Shown piece by piece: positions 54,111-64,000 of a DNA stretch of 64,000 nt. Source of the DNA: Balanoglossus misakiensis (taxonomy: Eukaryota > Animalia > Hemichordata); assembly GCA_040954595.2 (NCBI GenBank), contig CM082580.2, positions 13,504,242 through 13,568,241 on the forward strand. The letters are read 5' to 3'. How positions within the stretch are numbered: the first letter of the stretch is position 1; the number at the start of each line of letters is the position of its first letter. The position numbers were made by a program, and so were the translations under genes. Under the pieces are notes generated by a model. The model did no database searches and was not told where the DNA came from. It saw only the letters and a list, made by a program, of their open reading frames with translations.

Positions 54111-57100
54111 GTTGTATCAACCAGTTGGTTACCTACAAGAAAACACATGCTGAAATGCTGATGTTGAGCTGTATACACCACTGAAACCCACGTTGAGTTC
54201 GATATGACCGCATTGAAAGCGTACAGTACATGCACAACAATACTGCTGTTCCGATTACCCCCTCGGGGGCTGTACTCCACAACGTGCTAAAAATACGAGC
54301 TCCCTAGCTTCTCCATCGCTTGTCGTTCCGCTTTTAAGCATTTACGAGCTAATAAATAAATATATGTGATTTGAGGTGACTGACGCGGGTTTTATGGCGG
54401 CACGGGAAGAGATATTCCGCACAAATGTTCAGTTTTAACGGGAGGGTGTAAAAGTACGACACTAGCTGATTACAATAATAGAGTAATTATCCTAATGAAA
54501 GGCGGTCCAATCAGAACATCAATTTTCTTAATCTTTCCTCTATGAACGGTCCAATTCTAGGGTGTAATTAGTCACAACATTTAGCTCCTCAAATAAAGAA
54601 AAGGCTGTATAGCTTTTTCAAAGACATGCCAAAGCGAGTACTAACACCTGCATAATAGGCCTATGCGCCGGTCTAAATAGTAAAGAAGCAAGAAAAGCGC
54701 GCCGCTCCGAAGATAAAGGCTGTCTGTCTATCTCCATTCGGGGCCACTCCCCCTCAATTTACGGTATATAGTCACATTACTGGCTCACAACATCAAACGT
54801 AACTGAATGGCTCTATTTTCACGAGCAACTGGGGTGTTGGGGAGATAGAGTAATTTCAAGTCATCTCGGATTTCAAATGTAGCCTTGAAGGGAAGGCCTC
54901 GCTCACTAATTGAGAATAGACATGTAACACGGTATTCGCAATTACATGTTAGTTATTGTTAAAACCAAACACCCGCGCTGAAAAATAATCCGCCAAAGAG
55001 GGGAAACATGATTAAAATATGCGTTTAAAATATCAACGCAATCCGAATTTTGACTCAAAATGCTTTCAGAAATATCCAATTTCGCTAGACTGCACACCGC
55101 TGAGTTCATTGCACCAAGTGTTTTTACTTTTTAGTGGAACGGTTTTGACAGAATCTCTACACAGATTCTTTTAAATGCTGGACTGAATGGAAAATTGCAG
55201 ACGGACGCTTAAATCCACCATAAATTAAACCAAGCAATTACCTTAAAAAAGGAACATATACTAAAAGCCGTGCTTTTTAATCATATACTTGCCTTTTATC
55301 TATCACTTAGCTCACTCACCCCGGATTTATCAGATGCGTTCGCGTCAATCGCCTATGGTCTTTCCATGTGACACCACAGTCAGCGATTTTGAAGTGACAA
55401 GCAATCCCCGCCGTTGGTTTGATTTTAACCAATGACTTTAGAATGGCAATTCGCAGGATTATTTCTGCTTCTTGCCGTTCTATCCTTGAGCGCGTAGTGC
55501 GGTGCGATGTGTCTTGCCCAACAAAAAAAGTGGAACCCTTTTGAAAGACTTGTTAGTGAAAGGAGCAAAGCCTGTGTGTATAGTTAGTGACGTTTGTGAT
55601 GTTTACACGGCAAACTGCGAGTAATTGTTGTTAGGCAGCTGTTATCATAGTGCACAATTGGACCAAATTTGATGTCGAACCCGCCAATTCTATTTTCCAA
55701 AGACAAATAAAACTTTCATTTCCTTTTGCCGAAATGCGCCAGAAACCCGTCAAATTAGCTCGAGGTTTGAATCTGCGGTGCTGGGAGAGCAGTTTGGCGA
55801 TTTCACTGTTCATATCTTGGCATTTTCTCTGACGTTGTTTACTGATGTCTAATAGGACCTACATCAATTTGGCTTCGAGACAATATTTGTATTTCAAGGA
55901 TAAACATTTAAGTGTTTGCTCAGTGCATGCATTTGATTAAACTTTTTCTTTTCGCTGAAAAGATAAAACGGACCGTTATGATATCCCCGAGGAATTACAA
56001 ACCGTTGGCTGTCTCTAACTACAGCAAACCCAAACCCGCCCACAATCAATGCGAAAATTTTCATATTTACACTTTTTTTGTAATTTGCAACGAGCGCGAG
56101 TGAATTGACAACTGTAACACGAGCGAAAGAAAGTGACGCATCTGCTAGCAGATCTCCCAAACGTTTGCTGAAAAGAGTTCCCTGGGTTGGATTGATTTGT
56201 CTTGGGATCGTCTTGCGTAACAGAGCCCCGGACGCCTTATATGTATAGCTGCGTCAATGTTTACACGCCGGCAAAATTTAATTCGCAAGTAAACTGAAAA
56301 ACATTACCGAAAGTGGTACATACCGGTGCGTTGATTACAAATTGTCTAAACCCTTTTACACACAGGCAACTGATACTTCTGTTTCGGAATTGGCTTTGAC
56401 CTTTGACTGAGTGTATTTTCAAACCACTATATACACTTGTGGCTTTGGTGTTGATTTTTTGCGCACTTTTTTTTTTGCTTACTTGACTAAATGACTACCC
56501 GTGTTTCACATGCGTGTTGTTCAAGTTGTCAATTTGGGATGAAAAAGCGAAGGTGTAACCCTTTTCTTCAATTAGATAATTACTGGAAATAGATGCCTTC
56601 TTTTTCCAGATTTCAAGATTCTCGTCAAACGAGTTTGAGCGTAATGCATGTGCTCATCAGTAGAACAGGACCTCACTGCTGTACAAATAGTTATTATCAC
56701 ACAAACGGACGAGCTCGACCGCATGTAGACTTGGTGATTTCACCCATGACTGCTTTTTTAATCTGCCAGCATGCACATCTATGTTAAATGTGTATTTGTC
56801 TTTCTCGGCCAAGTCCTTGGGGATGACAATCTTCGAGTGGTCACGTGACAGTAGCTAGCGGTAACGAGCGGGAAGCAGTTGATAAAAACTTTCTTTTTAT
56901 TATGTCCATGACTTTCCAGAATCGGAGATTGTCAAGATAAATGGCGGATAGTGGGCAAGAGTATGTACAGCTTATTCCCAGGTCAATCTCGTTCTGTTTT
57001 TTCTAAAGGCGACGTTTTAGAAGATTATACAAAGCGAGGACAAAGCTCTGTGACTAAATAATTGATGGAGTGCAGGATCATCGAGGGATCAAAACTGCCA

Positions 57101-58852
57101 TTAGGAGATTTTGGAGTGTTCCTTGCACAGGCGTTGAATTTTTACACTTCGGGGTCAAAGTCAACGTTGTTCATATCGTGGGCGTCTTTTTCTTCTGTTA
57201 TCAAGAGTGTTTATCGGATAGAAACGATTGCATGTCAAAGTGAAATAAACCTGACGTCGTTTGTGTGATCTTGTAGTTGTACCGCGTATGATGATCGAAG
57301 GAAGTCAGTCAGTCAGTCAGCGAGTAAGTCAGTAAGTAAGTTGCACTGAGTATGAACATGTAAAGGGGAGAATCATTTGATTTTTCTAAGCAAGCATCCT
57401 GAATCATGGGTATGTGACTTATTTTTTTTTCTCTCTTTCGGGTTTCAAAATTCATCCGTTTGTCCTTTTTTCATTTTGGTAGGTGAAATCCTCTTCCCTC
57501 AAATCAAATCAAATAATTAGCTTCAGGAACTGTAGGCGGCGCCCTTCATAGAACAAAAGTTTCAGAGGACGTTTTTGAGGAGGGGCTTTCTGTGAAATGA
57601 CAAAACTTTAATATATATATTTAGGATATATTTTCATAGAAATTCAGCAATAATAATCATAGTCGAACTTGACGAAGCAGGCATGGAACGATATTATTGT
57701 GTCCCGGAGAAGATATTAGGAGATGTATTCCTGTGAAAATTCTTAATATGATCAGCCACGTGGGGTGGGGGTAGACGGATTGGCGAAATCAAGCAGATTA
57801 CAAGTAATCGCTAAAAGACGAACCATGTTCCATAATTTGCCGTTGAGGCCTCTGTTCCGAAATAGATGTGACGCACTTTTCGATCTCTGGTTTTTGTCAG
57901 AGTAAATAGTCTTGTTCCTGTTCAGGCAATACGAAGTGCTGTTCCTTTGATTTGTAACCATGTTTGTGAATTATCTGAGATTCCACAGGACTGAGTCACT
58001 GGTTATTCGTCATGTTTTATTGTATGTCGAGTCTGATTGTCTATTTTAGGAATATTGTACCTTTGTAGTAACCATGGCTACAGATCAGACGTAAATCATA
58101 GAGAGTTTAGATCTGTCTGTCTTTTTCATAGTATCATTATAGTAAAGGCGAAGGTAACAGTACACTCTGTTCTCCCAGATTCATCAAAATGGTGTTCCTG
58201 TAGTTTTTCTTTTTCGTTGAACAAGCGCGTATGTGCATCATAACAGTTGCGCGCAGAAGCGCATCTACAATAATCAGCAACAAAAAAGTCTTATCTGCAC
58301 GTCGCCCATTTATCATCATAGAGGTTATCATAACGATAATCGTTTTTATCCGAAAGTTCTGCTTCATTTGATAAATCCATTGCGTTTTTATGATTATTAA
58401 TGACAGCCTGTCTATCAAAACAGTCCTCCAAGACCATTGAATGGTTGGGTCTATATGAATTTCAATAAGAGCTTATTTTTACTTTATGAAGCGACTGTCA
58501 CTATAAACAACCAATGTCCTCTAGAGGTAGCAATTAGATGTGTTTTATCTATCGTAGATTACAAATAAATAAGAGAAATTAAGTCTGTGATGGTTAGCTC
58601 AAATTAAGTTTACGAGATCAATTTAATTCTTGTATAGGATCCAGGTCAGACGCATCTCAATATTAACAAGTCACGTTGGGCAGTAAAACTCTGATATGAG
58701 TAAACTGACAATAACCGTAAATGTTAATATTTTCCCAGTTGTCAGCTACACATTTTTTCTTCTGTTGCTAGAATACACGACTTACAATCATCACCAAGTT
58801 TACTGTTGACCAGTACGGCCTGGATTCAAATGGCAAAGCTCGCCGTATGCAC

Positions 58853-59226
58853 TCAAACGATGAAAATGGACAATAAGCAAAACACAGTGCCAATACACAT
58901 CAACATCAGTGATGGAGGAACTAAAACGAGTCCTGCATCGCCTGCGGCTCCTCGGGAAGCGTGGCGGTACGTGACGTTGTCAAAGGTCTCGGTGTTACAT
59001 CTGTCCCCTTGGCAACACGACTTACAAATACCGGTGTGAATCAAACCTTTGCAGGTCGTGTAGTCTTCGTTACAGTAGTCTTCACCCGTGCACCCCCGAT
59101 TCAAAATCATCCTGTTGCCAGACATCATAAACACGGATGTCTGAAAGAGGAAAGTGAATGAAAAAATTGTCAATCAGCTAGATGATGCTATTGACGGTGG
59201 TGGTGGTGGTGGTGGTGGTGGTGTAG

Positions 59227-59264
<38 letters not shown>

Positions 59265-59313
59265 GTGATGATGGTGGTGGTGGTGGTGGTGGTGGTGATG
59301 GTGGTGGTGGTGG

Positions 59314-59350
<37 letters not shown>

Positions 59351-60671
59351 CCTTTCGTGTCCCAAACACAAAATGGGAATTCACTTACGAAGCAGTAATA
59401 CAAATCATGACAAAACGTTGTCTTGCCGACGCCTTCTGGATTAGATTCACATGCCTGGTTTCCACCGAGGACATTTTCACAATTATAACAATAAAACCCC
59501 TCCGGCTCCCGACAATGTACAGTCGAACATAGGAAACCTGTGAAGATGACGTCATTGAAATGTTACCGTTACATGCAGTCGAGTTTCTCTTGATTCCAAC
59601 ATATATCATGCGTCTACCAACTGGATTCCCTAACAAACAAGATCCACCATTTTATTTCGACAACTGCTACTACAGATTACATGTACATCGCGTCCGTCCT
59701 GGACTCTGTAATTATCTCGCCAATGTTGTGTAATTTCCCAGGTAACAGCGTTGAGTGACAACTTACAAAAAAAACGCGTCCACCAAAAGCTATTCCTGAA
59801 ATTAATTAGTTTTCTTGGGAGAATTATGATGGCAATTCCACCTGAAATTAACGCGCATAAATTTTATGTAAACGCTTGCAGGCGCGCACTCAGTGGCAGT
59901 AATTGTCACTCATTCTGGCGGAGAATATGAATGGACAGATGAGGCCTCGCCTGTCGGTGATAAAAACGGAAATAAAAGCACGAACGCCTTGTACCTTTGT
60001 CAAACAAGGCTAGGGGGCTTCGCCGATTATTATTTTCTGTTACCTAGGCTACAGATCGTTTCTGTGTGCGTGCGTGTAACTTCGAGAGAGAGAGAGAGTG
60101 TGTGCGTGTGCCTGAAACCTTTCAAAAGTACAAACTGCGTTCGCATTTTCCTTGCTTTGTTTCCAGACCACCGAAATTCGTAATTCGATAATTGACAATC
60201 GATTTAACATCTCAGTATCCATGACAAAATCGATTTTGAATATAATACAACTCTGCAAATTACTCGCGCAGCTAATAGATTTGGAACAAAATTGCTTTCA
60301 TCTTGAAATTCATCGCATTTTTATTCTCCCGTGAATGAAAGTGATTCAGGCAGAACTATCCAGAGCTTGGTATTCTTCCAAGGTTCTGATGCATATTTTA
60401 ACCAAAGCATGTTTTCCTTTTTCCAGTTATGATTCAAATTAGTCCAGATAGACATGATGAACAAAGTCGGAACAAAATGTCCGCCATGTGGCCATATTGG
60501 ATCGTATCATGAAACAAGCTATATACCTAGCTGCCGATACATCTCCACTGTTATACTTTGCATTATAAACAAGATAACTGCAAAATAAAAGCAACCAGTG
60601 ACGTTGAAACCACACGTACCTGAGCACACAACGACTAAAATCAATTCTTTGGATGCCATCGAAAACTCCAT
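58853..60671 (-). CDS. Ly6/uPAR (three-finger) GPI-type protein, LYPD6-like 12-Cys LU domain, 162 aa
   Basis: Exons 60620-60671 (MEFSMASKELILVVVCS, signal peptide), 59389-59537 (FYCYNC...ACE...FCHDLYYCF) and 58853-59140 (RGC...YC...TC...ICKSCCQGDRCN, then a spacer and hydrophobic tail). Phases are consistent and the canonical CCxxDxCN terminus is present. Confidence 0.88.
59196..59350. repeat. Compound trinucleotide microsatellite (GGT)n(GAT)n(GGT)n(GTT)n in intron 2 of the Ly6 gene
   Basis: Directly visible. It explains the homopolymeric ORFs in the track. Confidence 0.97.
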
Positions 60672-61814
60672 TTGTCTCTTGATTGCATTCCGTGTACCAA
60701 TCTCCCTTACTGCCACGGAAAAAGAGAGCCGGTTACAGAAATATCTCACACTTTTATCCTTCTCTCACTCGATATTTTCATGAATAATTTCTTTATACTT
60801 TAAATTTAACATTATCAAAACAGTTGGAGCTTACAGAGATAACAGGCGTTGTGTTACTTCGAAACGATCTCGAGATAAAAACGTGTCGATAATCCGGTTT
60901 GTTTCAGTAATACGGTAGCGCGACTTTGGAACCCCCGAGTTTCATTTCAGGGGCTCTTGGAAACGATTGCAAATTACATGCAAATCGCCTGGAACACATT
61001 GGCTCCCAAGCACCGTTTGAAATGCAATTTATATTTTGTAATAGCTTCCTTTTATTACGCACCACATATGTTTGAGTTACCGGAAGGATGGGAACCCATC
61101 GTACACGAGCCTCGCAGCGACACATCTATTTTTATTCAGGTCGATCTCGTCAAAATACGTGGGTGCAGCTGTCAGAGAAGATCTCTCGGCCAGAAGAAAT
61201 TATTTCCACCGATTTTAATAGCGAGCTGGGAATACCCATCTCAATGGCATATTCACTTGATAATATTAGAGTTTCTGACATGGATAACCGCACTTGATTG
61301 AAAATTGGTTTAATTTTCGAGCAATTTCTGCTTTTCGTGTCTCTGCCACTGGGACTATGGAGTAATAATTTCGTGCAACGGAGGCAGTTATGAATTATTC
61401 ATGACGTTGTTTTGGCGCATGTTTAGCCAGGCATGTATTGCCATGCCGGAATCCATAGGGGCCCAGGTTATCGCTTCGAAGATTCTCTTATTTGTTTTCA
61501 AGTTAAAATTGACATTTTTATGAATAGGTATATTTAATAATACTTCCTATACCCTATTGTGAGAGTCGATCCGTGAATTAGTCCCATAATGAGTCAATTA
61601 CTGACTTATAATGTAGCATGTATGTTTTATTTCACAAGAACTATAAAATGTACATGTACATCTAGAAGAATCCACATTTCTATTCTTAAACCAACAGAAT
61701 TACTTTCCCTAGTACTTGCAATCATGCGACTTGGATATCAAAGTAAATCGGTGAAAAATAATAAAGGACACACTGATCTCAGAATATTTTCAAGACATGG
61801 CAGTGAAGTGTTTT

Positions 61815-62670
61815 TTATATTGTTGCGTTTTGCACAAAATCTTGTTTGTGGGTCCCATCACAATATGGTGCATTCTTGGTCTGTTTACAGCCACATAGAA
61901 ATACTTCTTTTGTTTCCTCCAGTGTAAACCTCACCGGTCGCATGTTGGTACCTTTTTTGTGGGTCCCATCACAGAAAGGCTGAAAACAGAAAAACAAAGA
62001 AACATTACAAGGCAACTGCAAAGCCTGCCATCGTTAAAATCATGAAACAATATAAATTTATGTTGACAATATGTGTGCAAGGCATACATGTACACGTAGG
62101 CATTATCTGTTTTGAATACTAAGTAATTTACTAGCACAACACATTCGATATTCATAGATTATTGATATTCATAGATTATTTATAGGCCTAAAATAGATAT
62201 TTCTGAGTGCATAGCAATCACACGCAAATAAATGATACATTTACTAGTACCTGCTTTTTACTTCTTCCACAAGAACACCAACTGTAGCGTTTATCAGCCT
62301 CACACGATACCTTGAATGGTCCTTTCGCAGCTATCAATCCTGTGGTCATTGGACGAACCTGGAAAACATTGACATCACGACAAAAACGTGTCGTCAGCCA
62401 GAGTGCATTGCTTGATGAAAATCTATTGCAAAGTGTCAAACTTACAATAAAAACCTGCCAAATTGCCAGAGACTATCATAATACGAGAAGGGGTGATATT
62501 ATTAGGCGACAAGTCAGGCGCGGGTCACGGTGACCTTTGCATTGTTATTGTAAACACGGAGATGCAAGACTGAACCCGGATACCTGTTGGCAGTGTTGCG
62601 ACTGGTAAACTCCAACACCCCTTTTCATGAAGGAGGAGGAAAATCGCACCATCGAAGCAAGCGTTGACAT
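61815..62670 (-). CDS. CISD3: CDGSH iron-sulfur domain protein 3 (MiNT), mitochondrial, 119 aa
   Basis: Exons 62584-62670 (Ser/Arg-rich presequence MSTLASMVRFSSSFMKR), 62251-62358 and 61815-61979. Two tandem CDGSH-type motifs, WCSCGRSKKQPFCDGTH and LCGCKQTKNAPYCDGTH, and no transmembrane helix. Confidence 0.95.
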
Positions 62671-63163
62671 TTTTGGAATGTAAGACTCAAATGTCGCTGT
62701 ATTGTATTCGCTTTAACGTTTGTCCTTGACCTCAAACCGCCTGTGTCAAGGGTCTGGGGTGGTACTGCACAGTGTTCGATTTCGCGAATGTAGCATTGCG
62801 CCCGCTAGTGTCGAAGCGCGCTTCATAAATATTTTTGGATTCAGATACGAGACCTGTTAGGAATGCGTTCATATTTTTCACAATTTCTTTAACCATTTTG
62901 GGCTATTTAGGCTCTAAATGAGGGCAATTGAAGACAGAAAAGACAAAAACGAATACATGTACTTGAGTACCGGCGAGCATTGCGCGTGTCAGGAAGCTTG
63001 CTCCTGCGCAGTGGATACTTCCTGTGTTGGCCTTAGCAACAAAACAGAAACGTTCCTCATACCTGCTGTGAGTTCGCTTATACACCGAGGTGGCTGATAA
63101 ACCATCGTGATTTGCGGACAACGCTTACAGAAAATCGCAAAGACGTGAACATTCTCAGCCACA
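62671..63163. promoter_or_regulatory. Bidirectional CISD3/SPAG6 promoter with an RFX X-box-like site
   Basis: Divergent start codons 493 bp apart in a CpG-rich stretch. GTTGGCCTTAGCAAC at 63026-63040 has a perfect TAGCAAC half-site. Confidence 0.7.
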
Positions 63164-63998
63164 ATGAGTTCGAGACAGGTCTTACAAGGTATGTAGGCGA
63201 GTTTAAAGATACGATTCTGACTATTTGTCAAGAATATTTTGTGTTCGCAACGTTGCTGCAGTTGTTTGTATCATGTCAGTTGACAACACGGAATATTCTT
63301 GCTGTTGATACCATACTCAGAAGATAACACATTGGTGTTTTAAATTGTTTTATTTTTAGTTCTATCTAAACTCTTATGATTCACGATATATTTACAATTT
63401 CATTTTTGAAGGAACATATAATTTAAGCAAACTGTCCACCACTGTGGCAGGGTATCAAACGTGACAATTCTTCTCCATCCTTGTGTTTATTTCCAAATGT
63501 GTTGTCAATGGCGATCATCACATCATGTTTTAATCCACTTGACTAGTCGCTTCAACTAGTGTACCTTGATGTAAATTACATCATTTACTTTATCCTTTGC
63601 AGTGTTTGAGCAGTATCAGAAGTCAAGAACACAGTTTGTGCAAACTATTGCTGAACTGTCATCACGACCACAGAACATCGAAACTCTGCAAAATGCAGGT
63701 GGGTAAAGATTTCCATTTGTAAAATTCTAAGATTCTGGCAACACACATAATCCATCTTAGTATTCTGACAGAACAAACTACTCAATCACAGGCGATATTT
63801 TCACATTAACCTCTCTTCCTCTCTACCTCAGGTGTTATGTCCCTACTGCGTCCTCTGCTATTGGACATCGTACCGACCATTCAACAGACAGCAGCTTTAG
63901 CACTTGGACGATTGGCCAACTACAATGATGATCTGGCTGAAGCAGTTGTCAAAGGGGACATCCTGCCACAGCTTGTGTACTCCCTTGCAGAACAAAAC
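63164..63998 (+). CDS. SPAG6: Sperm-associated antigen 6 (axonemal central-pair armadillo-repeat protein), first 3 exons; continues beyond the window
   Basis: Exons 63164-63188, 63603-63698 and 63832-63998 give MSSRQVLQVFEQYQKSRTQFVQTIAELSSRPQNIETLQNAGVMSLLRPLLLDIVPTIQQTAALALGRLANYNDDLAEAVVKGDILPQLVYSLAEQN, nearly identical to the SPAG6/PF16 N-terminus. Confidence 0.97.
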
Positions 63999-64000
63999 GT

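Noticed and set aside
59154-59532. Poly-V/M/H/T/Q/L ORFs in the track
   Set aside because: These are translations of an intronic compound microsatellite.
1-64000. Prokaryotic systems (CRISPR, operons, defence islands), tRNA, rRNA, autonomous transposons
   Set aside because: The DNA is intron-containing animal sequence. I saw no repeat-spacer array, structural RNA gene, or transposase/reverse-transcriptase ORF.

Overview
This is animal genomic DNA: AT-rich, with spliceosomal GT-AG introns. It is probably from a marine invertebrate deuterostome (inferred from the vertebrate-like RECK and SPAG6 exon structures). The six-frame ORF track is mostly noise, so I rebuilt the genes by hand from splice sites and reading-frame phase. 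They are: a divergent MBOAT1/2-type membrane-bound O-acyltransferase (- strand, 12 coding exons, 2163-5872, 496 aa); a complete RECK (- strand, 24 coding exons, 14941-54110, 956 aa, with very large 5' introns); a GPI-type 12-cysteine Ly6/uPAR gene resembling LYPD6 (-, 58853-60671); CISD3 (-, 61815-62670); and the 5' end of SPAG6 (+, from 63164), head-to-head with CISD3. Several MITE-like inverted-repeat elements and a compound microsatellite are present. Best leads: (1) a two-exon, 51-aa candidate myristoylated microprotein gene (+, 10413-11148) with a TATA/Inr promoter, possibly with a second first exon at 1419-1454; (2) a candidate internal promoter and signal-peptide exon in RECK intron 4 that would give a CC1-less RECK; (3) RECK keeps the Wnt7-related CC4 residues but not the GPR124-binding CC1 residues, and lies next to a LYPD6-like gene; (4) a WN-to-WH active-site change in the MBOAT; (5) paired loss of a Kazal disulfide in RECK.
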